Shown: positions 48,901 to 61,152 of the stretch, one piece after another
Layout: every line of letters starts with the position of its first letter
Position numbering within the stretch: position 1 is the first letter of the stretch
NCBI RefSeq assembly: GCF_964355755.1
Contig: NC_092678.1
Span: 22,089,365-22,153,364 of the forward strand
Reading direction: 5' to 3'
Source of the DNA: Antedon mediterranea
Lineage: Eukaryota; Animalia; Echinodermata
Length of the DNA: 64,000 nucleotides
The notes under the pieces: model-generated
Database searches by the model: none
Told to the model about the DNA's origin: nothing
Seen by the model: the letters and a program-made list of their open reading frames with translations, nothing else
Position numbers and translations under genes: made by a program

Positions 48901-51800
48901 CAATTAAATTCAACCAGAACCCAATTGACTGGCAGCCAATTTGACTATTTTTTTGCTTTAAATTACAGTTTTTCAGGTATTTTTTTTTGGATCAAATTTT
49001 TGGTCAAAGTGAATAACTATTATGTAAAATGGCATATTCTACAAACAATTTAAAAAAATACATTTTTTATGTTGACAATAAATCTTTAAGCATGATAAAT
49101 TACTAATTTTTTTTTTTCATTGTGTTGTATGCGTTTAATTTCAGGTCAGCCCATTGATAGTCCAGCGAACGGGCCCGCTCCTGGCCCATGGGACATCCCT
49201 GCAGCGCCACCATTCCTATTCAAGCAACATGTGATGAAAATCGAAGTGCCTCATTCGGCGTCCGTCAAGGTACAGAAATCAAATCAGTTTTAACAAATCA
49301 GAATTTCAACATCAACATAAATATTTTGAGGAGATTATAGATTATTCCTGCCTAGAGTTTTGTTTTTAAATTATGTACATTATGATTATTTTGTCTTGTT
49401 CTTAGCCTTGTCATGACTGCCATGGTATTGGGAGAAGAAGGTGTCACATGTGCGTTGGGCGTGGTCGGGTAAGTATGTCGTTTTTAAAGCTATGATACAG
49501 CTTTAGTAATTGTATGTATGCAGAAGAGGTTAGAGTAGGGCCTGTCAAACAAAGACATTGTTCAGCTGCATGATATATATATATAATAGACCTTTTCCCA
49601 ACTTTTAAACATAATTCAGTTGTAAAAATCTTTGTATTTTAATAATTGTTAATTTGTGCTTAAATACACTATCCAATTTTGGTTTTGTTTTAGCTTCGTT
49701 GCAACTTCTGTAGCGGAACTGGACGCACCTTGGTTGCAGATCATCACCACCATGGTGGACATCATGGAGGTCATCATGGTGGACACCATGGAGGTCATCA
49801 TGGTGGACACCATGGAGGTCATCATGGTGGACATCACGGAGGTCATCACGGAGGAGGTCATCACCATGAACCGTGCCACCACTGCTCCGGTTTAGGGCGT
49901 AGAAGGTAAGTTTTCGAGGTACACAGTAAATGAATAACTGCTTCTCTTTTGATTGAACTTTGACATTTAATTGAACTTTGACATAGTGCTAGAAATATAC
50001 CACTTCTAAGCTAACTACTGTATATCTTTACATATGATTATGACATGTATTCTTCCTCCTCCTCCAGATGCTACACCTGCCATGGACATGGCCAGATTAA
50101 ATGCAAGACATGCGACGGCCACGCCAACCTAAAGTGTTTCATTCAGTTGACAGCGACATGGTAAGGATTCTGCCTGTCTATAAATGATTCCACATTGCAC
50201 AACATCTTCACACTTATATGTGATACAGTAGAACACCTATCAAGACGACCCAACAAAGTTACCATAATAGTGATGTCTCCTGAATAGGGACTGCCCATTG
50301 TGATAAAACGTATACTATTTGAAATTTGAAATTTATATTTATACTGGGTACCCTCTTCAGTCAAAGACTGGTCTCCCAGAGGGCCCAGTTGGTGATAGTG
50401 GCTTTGATGTACTAATACACCGGGTTAACCCCCTACTCGTCTCGAAAGATGTACTAGGTTCTTTAAAGTGCACACGAGCTAGATGTGTACACTAGACCTA
50501 CGGTTTATAGTCCTTATCCGAGAAGACTCGTTCTACCACCAGAACCATGGAGTGAGTGAGCCTCGAATTATTGCCATTTGTTCTGTACGTTGTTAATGCC
50601 TTGTATAAATACTGTACTGTATAGTACATATTTAGACAGTAACTAAATTCCCTATCGACAATCTTAGCAGCACACCTCAATAAAGATAATATTAGTTGTA
50701 TTGGTAGTGTATTGTAAATAGTATTGTTGTTAGTGTAAGTTTTCGGTGCAAAAACAGTTATTTCTGACCTGATTAGCTAATTGTCGGCTTTTCATGTCTT
50801 GTCTTATTTAGGAAGAACCATGTTGATGAGCATGTGGTTGAAAGAACAGCTCTACCAGAGGAGTTGATCAAACAAGTCACTGGAGAAATAGCTCTTAAGG
50901 AGGAGCAGTCAAGAGTAAGGATACAAGATACACCATACAGTGGTGTAACGCAGAGGCCTGAGCCCCCTGGTTTATGAACCCTATGTGGCCCTCCAAAGCT
51001 GGAGGCCTTGGGCGTTTTTAGCCTGTTTCGACAAATTTTGATTCCTGTTTTCCTCTTGGTGCTGCTCAGGGGCCTTCATAAGCTCCTGGGTTTAGTCAGT
51101 GAGTGCTCATAGCTGTTACGCCACTGACACAATAATTTTAAAAGTAGGGTGCGGAAAGGAGATGGATCTTGTGTATCATTTCTCGTTTAGGGTTGAGTTG
51201 ACTTCCAGTTTGACAATTCAGTCACTTTGTTTTTTCTTAGGTGTGGCCATTGAATCAGTTTCCCGACAATAACATCAACCAGGCCTCACAGCAGCTCGTC
51301 AATCGCAGCTTATCAAGTCATCAAATGGCGAGAATCGTTATGATGGTACGTACCAAAAAAAGTAGATCTTTTTTTGTGTCTGTAGATCCTTTATAAGTGG
51401 ACATTTTCGGGACCCAACAAAGTGTTCTATGTTGGCCGTAGTGTTAAAGCGTTTCTTATCACAAGAAGGTGACTTCTGAAAGGAGGGGTACTGCTGTATT
51501 CCAAATAAAAACTTGATTAGAGTACATAATTAAAACTGCATAGGCCAAATAGCAACAGATATAATTTTAATTTTTTTAACAGATCTAACCCAAGCACTTT
51601 CTTCTACTCAAATCAGTATTGTAGTTTATAGTATTTTCTTTTCTGATATTCAGCGTCAGCAAGTCCGTGTGATACCGGTAGCCGAGGCCAACTACCAATG
51701 GCAGAACAAGATGGGTCACTTCCATGTTTACGGCTTCGAACACAAAGTCTATGCCCCCGACTATCCACAACAATGCTGTGGGTGCTGTACTATCATATAA
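45972..51800 (+). CDS. SSUH2: Protein SSUH2 homolog (DnaJ-type CxxCxGxG zinc ribbons), 12 exons
   Basis: Exons 45972-46042, 46700-47057, 47197-47333, 47467-47596, 47703-47763, 49145-49269, 49406-49468, 49694-49905, 50068-50160, 50812-50914, 51241-51345, 51654-51800. Motifs: [51 protein letters not shown], repeated CxxCxGxG, C-terminal [17 protein letters not shown]. Confidence 0.92.
48300..48458 (+). mobile_element. LINE 3' UTR fragment (CR1/L2/Crack group) with stem-loop and (TTGAA)n tail
   Basis: AGGCATGT...CAAGC...GCTT...ACATGCCT hairpin, then GAAAATAAA and TTGAATTGAATTG. A related tail lies at about 2640-2702. Confidence 0.6.
48756..49085. mobile_element. Kolobok-like MITE (same ends as 28337-29050)
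   Basis: AGATGTATTGTCC ... GACAATAAATCT-TTAA. Confidence 0.6.
50398..50567 (-). mobile_element. Deu-domain-like SINE fragment
   Basis: Reverse complement TCTTCTCGGATAAGGACTATAAACCGTAGGTC...GTGCACTTTAAAGAACC...TTTCGAGACGAGTAGGGGGTTAACCCGGTGT resembles the DeuSINE core. Confidence 0.65.
50938..51126. mobile_element. hAT-like MITE (TIR CAGTGGYGTAAC), 8-bp TSD
   Basis: Flanks ACACCATA / ACACAATA; homologous to 63589-63774. Confidence 0.8.
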
Positions 51801-53522
51801 CAATGTATATACTATCTTGATGTGATGAAGTTGTGTCGTATGTAGTTTTTGGTTCTAGTAACCTATCCTAAAAACGAATTAAGGTTACAGCTAAAACGTT
51901 GTTTACTTGAATGAATTTTAGTATGAATGTGGGAATTTTACAATTCTGGATAAAAAAAAAAGGTGACTCATAGTTTATTTTTACCTAATTGATTAGTTAT
52001 TGATCTCTTGATTGTTTTCTATTTTTTTTTTATTTCATAAAATAGTAATTAATTTTCGATTCACTTTCCAATTCAAATTCTAATTTGACATATGTATATA
52101 TACAGTGTATTGTCTTTGTGAGGTTGTATTGCATTAGAAATTGACTGAAACAAGGACGAAACTTTTCCTAATTAATTTCTTGATTAAAATTTATTTTAAG
52201 AAAGATTTTTTTATTGATATCTGCATTGGAATGAATTAAACATAGCAATATTTAGACCAAAGATGAGAATTTGTAATCGTCCCGTAAATGTTTAATATAT
52301 AAAAATAAAATTTACATGAAGTTTGTCCTCCAAACTGACTGTACTTGTGTATAAGCCCATGGGTTTTTGGGTGGGCTTATTACTGAATATAGTGGGTTGA
52401 TATCATGGCCAATAGCACATTTCTAAGTGTGGGGTTGGACAGGAAATACATGGGAAATAGTAACATAATTAATTGTCTTTGTTTAATGTATAGAGTGAAT
52501 GGTAAAATGTACTTAACTCTAGCTGGCCAATCAAAAGCTTTATATTGATGTACATTATAACAAATATTAGTGTTAAAATCAAGTGATTACAGTTTTACTT
52601 AAACAACTATAGAACTGCAGTAGCTATACTTACGTGATGATGTGATATTTTAAAATTATACTTACATACATAATATGTTTGTTCCAACATGAATTATCAT
52701 GTTTGTATGAATTTGTACTTATTTCCAAATATTATAATGTATACAACATACCATCACTCTATTAATGGGACAAATTTCCATGAAACAAACAAAGGATTTA
52801 CAGTAGAACCTTCATTTTACGTACGGTACGGGACCGAAAGGCGTACGTAAAACAAGAGATTCGTAAAATCAAGGTTGACCTTAAATTGACTCCAAATATG
52901 TAGAGATCGTAGCTATAAAGGCTATCGTGTTTGCCTAGGCCTACTTTACTGTACAGCATGCAGGTGGTCACTACCTAGGCCTTGAAACAAACAAGGGGAA
53001 TTATATGTGTTTACACTTTGGCTAACCTATATTTTTTAGGGGAAGCCACTATTAAGGAGAGAGTTTGCTGGGTCCCAATGGTGTCCCCTAAATAGAGATT
53101 TACTGTATAATACATTGATTATGTACTTAAAGTAGTTCCAACTAGAAACTAATAAAATCTTACACAAAAGAAATTTTAATTTGTATGTTCAATTCCAAAT
53201 TAATTAATAATTGCTCCACATACATTTTAATTTTAGAAATTAGAATTTTAAAATAAAATTAGTATGCACATTTATTGCGGATTTAATTAGTCACATACTT
53301 TATATATAAGGTTTAAAATTTATTTTTTAATTAATGCAAAGAAAAAGTATTGGAAAATGCATGTGTTATATCACTAATATACTTACTATAATCCTTATAT
53401 AATATAATTATATTATAGTTATCTGTTAAAGTATTTGAACTACTGTACTTATAAACATAAGAAATGTTAAATGTTGAGTTGATTTGATAGGAATGATAGT
53501 ATTATGTGGTAAAATTAAGTTA

Positions 53523-53707
53523 TGCTCTGTCTACACTATCAAACTAGTTTGACAAAGTCAAAGTGTGATGTGCTCAAATATGGTGGTGATATGCTCAAAT
53601 ATGGTAGTGATATGCCCAAATATGGTAGTGATATGCTCAAATATGGTAGTGATATGACATCAGCATGTCCATATATGGGCACATCAACGTAAAGGTTGAT
53701 AGTGTAG
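53523..53707. mobile_element. MITE family A copy with expanded internal 20-bp repeat
   Basis: GCTCTGTCTACACTATCAAACTAG..., (CAAATATGGTAGTGATATGC)x4, GATAGTGTAG. Confidence 0.8.
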
Positions 53708-55736
53708 TGTTTTAATCAAATGCTGAAATTTTATAATAAATTAAAAAAATCAATTCATGTTTTCGATAATCATTCTTAAATGTATTTGTTTTATGTTAAT
53801 TTGAACATCATAGACTTTACGACTTTTAAGTAATATTAATGATAAATATAATCAGTTTATATTTGAGGTTTTAAAAAGTGTAACACCTGGTATTTGGAAG
53901 ATGATAGGTAAACATCAATGTTTGTACAATTTATTCCAGATTGTCTCAGCAAATAAGCATATTTTATAATCCGTGGAACCTCCTTCACCAATAACTGTCC
54001 CCTGAATAGTTTTAAAATGTTTGGTTTTTTTTGGAAAATGTCCCCTTTATTTAGAAGTTCATGACAATTTCAACGATTAAATGCAATATTAGGCCTACAT
54101 AAACTGTAACATCAAGTCAATGCGAGTCAAATGAATTTTCACCATGATCAAGGATTTTAGTTGTAAAATAAAATATACGTTATACTGTAATTACCTTGAA
54201 ATAGGATAAGCCTCACACTTTAAATAATTGGAATAGACGTTTTATATAATAAATATATTAATTTAATATTGCATTAAGCACGTTGGTAGTATTTTAATCC
54301 TATTTCTAATTAAGCACACACATTTTAAGTAAATATAATCTTGTGTTCTTTTATCAAAATTGGCTTTACGACCCAAGGGCGATTTCTCGATTGTCCAAAT
54401 TAACCTGGTTTAAGCTAGGCAATCTAACAACATTATTCTGAACTCCGGATATTAAAGGGTTTATCTGTGGCTGCGACACATCAGTATAGAATATGTCTAT
54501 AGTAGAGTACTGTTGGTATTTGTCGCAGCCAGACATAAGATCATAGGACTGTTACGAGTTCCTATCTTGGCAAGGCGAGCTCAGTGTCCTGTTGTTAGAT
54601 TGTCTTGATTGAACAATCCGTTAACATTTATGAATTTTAATCGACTCTCATAATTTCATCCATGATTCATTGTAACTGTTTAGTTTTCACTTGTCAATTA
54701 TTAATGTCCTTAGAATTAAAACTACAATAGCAAAGATTCACTTTATTTGCACTGTATGGAAACAACTAACCATTGTATTCATTGTCCAATCGATGTTGGC
54801 TAACAGCTAATTGAATTGACTTTAATAAATCAACACAAACCCTTTGTTACCGATGAAATTATTCACTTAGAGGTAAAGTTGTTTACATTTTTGATTGCTT
54901 AACTAAGGCCTCTATAGAACAAGCGCATTAACCCTTACAACCTAATCAAAATTGTCTCATTAATAAGTGCATTTTTAAGCTCACATCGTCGCAAAATTCT
55001 TTTATATCGACAGCTCAATTGCATCAAGAAGGTAGGTTTATTTTGTCATGCACTTTTATATTACATATGGGTTTTTACCCAAACAAATTTTAGGTTTCTT
55101 ATTTTCTGTTGAAAAAAAATTGATCGATTCGTTTTTCAATCAGCATTTTGCGTTAGTACTCAATCACAGAAAGTAGATTTTCTGATTGTTTTGGTTCTTT
55201 AGATTTAATGTGGGCTAAAGAATTAGCAAAATCTTTTTTTTTATTATTGACGGGAGTTCAATCACACCAATAAGGTAGGTTTATTTTTTTGTGAAATGTT
55301 AAAATTATGTTTATTTTACAACAACTTTATTATATAATATCATTTCTACTCGAGAGCGTTAATAATTCTACATTTCTCTTATTTTTTCCTCATATATGTT
55401 TTTTAGTCAGAATTAGATGTACAAAGTATTCTTTGTCGAGTTTAGGTTACGGTATTATATTTTAAGTTATTTTATTTCTCATTTATAATATGGAGAAACG
55501 TGTACAATGTTCACTCTGAATAAACTATTTGAAGTTTGCGACATGTTTTATGTTATGGAGCTATAAAATTAGATTAAATTTTATAGCTCCCTGGTTATAG
55601 TACACACATCTAATCTTTCAAGCGAACTACTAAAATCGTTTTCATCAATAACATTTTTCTTTAAGTTACGAATGAAAATAATTCGATCCGATTAGTATTT
55701 TTCTGTTTGAAACTGTGTTAGGTCCATGGCGGTATA

Positions 55737-56131
55737 AAATTAGATACCTCCATGGTCGGCCCTAATAATGTATATCCACGTGTGTGTTAAATTAGATACC
55801 TCCATGGTCGGGCCTAATAATGTATATCCACGCGTGTGTTAAATTAGATACCTCCATGGTCGGGCATAATAATGTATATCCACGTGTGTGTTAAATTAGA
55901 TACCTCCATGGTCGGCCCTAATAATGTATCCACGTGTGTGTTAAATTAGATACCTCCATGGTCGGGCCTAATAATGTATATCCACGTGTGTGTTAAATTA
56001 GATACCTCCATGGTCGGCCCTAATAATGTATATCCACGTGTGTGTTAAATTAGATACCTCCATGGTCGGGCCTAATAATGTATATCCACGTGTGTGTTAA
56101 ATTAGATACCTCCATGGTCGGGCCTAATAAT
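55737..56131. repeat. 52-bp minisatellite, about 7.5 copies
   Basis: AAATTAGATACCTCCATGGTCGGCCCTAATAATGTATATCCACGTGTGTGTT tandem units. Confidence 0.93.
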
Positions 56132-57645
56132 AACCTATGGTTCGTTCTAAAACGATCTTCCCAATCGTGTCTTTGAATGACAGTGTAAATGTTCTTCAAC
56201 GACAAAAGGTGTGCATACCATTCTTCAACATGTGAGTAGCAACTGAATAGAAATTAAATAAACGGCGTGTACAGTTTAATATTTAATTGTGTACAAAAGG
56301 CTCTAATTGTTTGCTTGGTGCCCCGCGGTAGATCGATTGGGTCTACAAGGACAATAGCAAGCCTCACACGAAATTTGATCACCCTGTATTGTCGTCCGTA
56401 AATCGAGCGAACAACAACCCACGAACGTTAAACCATATATACCTTCTTAACTCTTCGTGGTTTTTAAGAATGATTAATAATTAATAATGACTTATTGTAC
56501 TAAGAGTCATTAATTACCGGAAAATTTATGCGGATGTTTAGAAATATTTGTACTGATAAGGATCTAGTACACATTGGCTGTTGAAATTATGGAGTTACGC
56601 ACTTCAAAAGCAAATACTGTACCAGCAAAATTCTACATCGCTTTGTAACTTCCAAGGTAACTTTACAGTTTGTGGTTCATACTCAACGCATTCTTCATAA
56701 CATAGCCAAATTCGTTTAATAGGGTTTGTTTTTGTTAGCCGCTGGATTTGTATTATCTGTGAAACGGCTCCATGATCAGGTAACACATGTAATGATCTTA
56801 CCTTGGCACGCAGGGTTGAAATTGTGACTTCCTCCTCCACGATCCTCAACATGCCCTCAAAGGTAGGATATCTGCATTTTCTACAGCTTAGGATTCCGTG
56901 AAAAAAACATCTTGAGAATGTATTTATTTGGCATTTTATGAATTATCGATTACTTATGATAGGTCACTAATGTTTTGTTAACTTTCAATGTTGTGTTATT
57001 GAGAATATTTCAAACTAAAATTACAAACTTACTTAAATTGTTGTTTACTGTTTGTATTGTAATCAAAATATTGAAACTTTTTTTTATATAATTATGGACG
57101 TTATTGGAAGCGTTATGCTGTGACGTTTGTGTGTACAGTACATCACTGGTATTCGGCCTCTGTAGGCCCACGTATCGAGTCTAATTAACCCGGACACATA
57201 CTCTCTGATTAGATGAGACGGATTTTAGTAGGCCTATTCTGAGATGTGGTTGTCGGTTGTCCGTTAACATAGCACGACCAGTAAGCTTCATGATTACCTC
57301 GGTACCACATCCTTTTCCGTTTCTGGCGTTTTTTTTAGTAGGCCTAAAGGCTTCTTTAAAAAGATTGGCTGCAAAAGCCTGGCCTACATAACTACATATT
57401 CTTGAAACTTAACACTGTAATAATGGATTTTGTGTAAATTGAATTTTGCATCGTTATTTTCCTTCATATTGATTTTACTTATGGATTCAAAATAGTGAAT
57501 GTATTTTGTGAGGCTGAGACACGGTTTTCAATTCTCTATTCTTAATTGATTTACTTAATGTGAATTCTTTAAAGTTAACAAACAGATCGAAATGTTGACA
57601 ACAGCACAGTACAACAGTCGGCAGTGACCAAAATAATGAATCTAA

Positions 57646-57797
57646 AGCTCTACCTTACATTATATTAAACTTTATGTGACAGAAATATGTGATGTGCCCA
57701 TATATGGTCATGATGATGTCACGTCACTACCATATTTGGGCATATCACTACCATATTTGGGCACATCAAACATAAAAGTGTGATAGTGTAGACAGCT
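57646..57797. mobile_element. MITE family A copy (diverged ends)
   Basis: AGCTCTACC...ACTACCATATTTGGGCA...GATAGTGTAGACAG. Confidence 0.7.
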
Positions 57798-58662
57798 GAG
57801 ATTAACTGTACGATGAATTGGTTGATATTAAATAAACATCAGACACAGAAACAGTGTTTCTTTTCTTATTCTAAAATATATCTCGAACTACTACCTACTA
57901 CGACAATAAAAAGAGCCCAGCGCGAATTTGATATGGTCTTATAACCACTTTAATTGTTCCCAGTCAACTCAAGTCCCGATTACAACTCGGTTCCTCGTCG
58001 ATTGGGTTCCTCGTCAAATACGGTCTCGCGTCGACTCGGTCCTGAGGCCAATCGTATAGAAAAATATAGTGAAAAATCGCATGGATTAAATATCATTACG
58101 AATTTAATACCAAGCTATACAGTGCATAAAATTGTTATTAATATTCGAATAATACGTAATTGATCGTACCAATTGTTATGAGGTAAATTAATTGATTTAG
58201 ATTAATTCAATGATACGGAGTATTATCATTTTCTCCATGGTGTTACATAATAGTCATACCAGCTGGTATCTTGTTTGTAGATTGACAGCAGAGAAATGTC
58301 AGGTGATACAGCGAAACAAACTAAATAAAAAAATCTGTCGTATGCATGAGGCGTAGTTACTTACCGTACTTGTTTGCATAGCTATCCCCATTATTGGGGA
58401 CATTTCGCCGTCATTGACATTATGTTGACATAGCACAACAATGAGAGACATTAATTTTGATGAGAAGGTCATGAAACACTGAATAATTAGAAAACTAAAA
58501 AGTCGCCTCAACCGAGATTCTGCTTGATGTATCATCCTCTATTGTTATGTATTATCTTATAGACAGTGATAGTATGAATAATATACTTGTATTTTTCTTG
58601 TAGATGCCCTGACTGAAGAACTATAAATTCGTCAAATGCATCGTGACATAAACTGGTGAGAT

Positions 58663-60919
58663 ATGGATCTGGTGACTGAGGCTGACGTAGTATACACTCT
58701 GGTGAACTCTACCGATTCCACTGACAGCTTAGACAGTTTGTCTTACATTTTATCTCCGTCAGAAGTCAGGGCGAACAGTATATTCTATGGCTTCATGATA
58801 CCTTTAGCAATATGTGGCAACATGCTGTCAATTGCTGTTTCATCAAAAATCCTCAGACATCGTAAAAGTTATACGGACCTTTTAATGGGATTCCTAGCGT
58901 TTAGCGATCTACTGAATATCTTCGGCATACATACGTTCTCAATAATCAGTCTCGTAGCTGGACATTGGGTCGGTGGTATTTACATCTGCGGCGTCCAATA
59001 TTACATGGCATGGTCCTGCTTAAAGTTTTCCTTTTTTATATTAGTAATGCTAACCGTGGATCGCTATATCGCTCTTGTAAAACCGTTACAATACCGATCT
59101 CTGGTCACAACGTTTAGAATAAAACTCGGAATTTTCGTAACGTTTGTGTTCAGCTTCGGCAGTACACTTGTGACTGTTATCGGGTTTTTAGACACTATTG
59201 GCATTGTAAAAGGATGGTATATATGCATGAACAACTGGTCGACTTCCTCCACATATTACGTGGCAATACTTGTAATATACGGATTAACTTACGTCGTTGG
59301 TCTTGCCGTATTTACGTACTGTAACATTATTGTAGCTGTCCAGTTGTGTCGGTATTCGACTAAATGTTGTTCCTGTCGTACGAAGGAACAGACAGCCGCT
59401 GACATGGTGCTGACGCAGAGTAAAACTTTGATAGGAAAACGCGCGAAAAAAGAGCGCAAGGCTGCCAGAATAATACTAATCATCAGTGGATTGTTTTTTA
59501 TTTTCTGGGGTCCTTATTTTGTAAGTACAATTTATTATACCGTACGTCTTATTTCCGATTTCCTCATCATTAGCATTATCTTCAGCATGAGAATTATCAT
59601 GTCATTGTTGTCGATCTTTCTGTCATAATCATCATCATCGTCATCATCATCATCATTATCATCATCATGTTCATCATTTTATTTATTTTATTTTTATTTT
59701 ATTTTATTTAATCGAAACCAACAGCGATAATTACCGCCACTAACAGGTTTGATACAAACAAAGCCAGGACTGTTTAAAGCACCTTGATTGGTCCTAACAA
59801 TTATCTCGTCCAGTGCCCACCTTGACCAGAGGTCTGAGGCAGATACTAGATGCATGCAGGGGCTGCCATAAGAGTCAGCAGTGCTGATTTCAAATGCCTA
59901 ACGGGACCCCAGCTCCGTATACAGCACCCGTTATTCCCAGATGGTCTCCCATCCAAGCTCTAACCAGGCCCAACGTCACTTAACTTCGGTGATCTTACGA
60001 GAACCGGTGTTTCAACGTGGTAAAGCAATCATCATCAACATCGTCATCATCATCATCATCATTGTCGTCATCATCGTCGTCGTCGTCATCATCATCTCAT
60101 CATTATCATAATCATCATTATAATCATCATCATCAGCATCATCATCATTATCATCATCATCCTCCTCATCATCATCACCATAATCATCACCATCATCTTC
60201 ATCGTCATCATCGTCGTCATCATCGTTGTCATCATCGTCATCTTTCTCATCATCATCATCCTCCTCATCATCATCACATAATCATCACCATCATCTTCAT
60301 CGTCATCTTCATCGTCATCATCGTCGTCATCATCATCATCATCATCATTATCATCATCATCATCCTCCTCATCATCATCACCATAATCATCACCATCATC
60401 TTCATCGTCATCATCCTCGTCATCATCGTCGTCATCATCGTCATCTTTCTCATCATCCTCATCATCATCATCATCATCATTATCATCATCATCATCCTCC
60501 TCATCATCATCACCATAATCATCACCATCATCTTCATCGTCATCATCCTCGTCATCATCGACGTCATCATCATCATCGTCATCTTTCTCATCATCATCAT
60601 CATCATCATCATCGTTGTTATCATCTTAACTGCTTTATACATACTATATCTTACACCATTCAATTACTCTAATTCCTTTTGTTTTATTTAATGATTTTTT
60701 TAGGTAACAATTATATTGACACAGATTGAAAAACCCGCAGATCCAGAGGTTACTGTAGTTGCTTTGCGACTGTTGTTCGCCAATGCGTTTATCAACCCTG
60801 TTATCTACGCGTGTTTCAACGCTACATACAGGAGAGGTTTTCTCTACTTCACTAAGTTGTTTCTGTATTATATTAGTTGCACATGTTTTTCAAAACCTGA
60901 AGGTGCGTTGTTACATTAA
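58663..60919 (+). CDS. Orphan rhodopsin-family (class A) GPCR
   Basis: Exon 58663-59520 carries GN (TM1), LAFSD (TM2), DRY (TM3) and FWGPYF (TM6), followed by a GTAAG donor. The exon from 60704 carries TM7 NAFINPVIY and the helix-8 YRRGF. The 3' end is uncertain: either read-through to the stop at 60919 or a donor after 60902. Confidence 0.88.
59625..60620. repeat. (CAT)n/(CGT)n microsatellite with higher-order duplications, interrupted by a SINE
   Basis: ATC repeats at 59625-59676 and 60027-60620 inside the GPCR intron; source of the poly-H/S/I/M ORFs. Confidence 0.92.
59677..60026 (-). mobile_element. 5S rRNA-derived SINE (SINE3-type)
   Basis: Reverse complement begins with a 5S head (TACCACGTTGAAACACCGGTTCTCGTAAGATCACCGAAGTTAAG...GGTTAGAGCTTGGATGGGAGACCATCTGGGAATAACGGGTGCTGTA, about 59920-60026). 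It continues with a ~210-nt unrelated body and a (TAAAA)n tail. Confidence 0.8.
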
Positions 60920-61000
60920 TTTTGTCAATTTATTTTTAATCTTTCCATTTGCGATGACGGAGGCTAACAAGTATTATGCACTAATAGTATAAATGTCTAA

Positions 61001-61152
61001 AGCTCTGTCTACACTATCAAACTTTATGTGACAAAGAAAACGTGATGTGGACACGATGACGTCATATAACTACCATATTTGGAAACATCACTACCATATT
61101 TGAGCACATCACATCACACCTTTTTTGTCAAACTAGTTTGATAGTGTAGACA
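61001..61152. mobile_element. MITE family A copy
   Basis: TAA-AGCTCTGTCTACACTATCAAAC ... GTTTGATAGTGTAGACA. Confidence 0.82.

Noticed and set aside
49649-49895. ORFs with (MVDTMEVI)n and (MMTSMVST)n repeats
   Set aside because: Wrong frames of the SSUH2 His-Gly exon.
55737-56131. CRISPR-like regularly repeated sequence
   Set aside because: Units are contiguous with no unique spacers, there are no cas genes, and the context is eukaryotic. The same applies to the other arrays.
59920-60026. Functional 5S rRNA gene
   Set aside because: The 5' end is missing, there are several substitutions and no oligo-T terminator, and it continues into a SINE-like body and tail.
60017-60691. Poly-His/Ser/Ile/Met ORFs
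   Set aside because: (CAT)n microsatellite within the GPCR intron.
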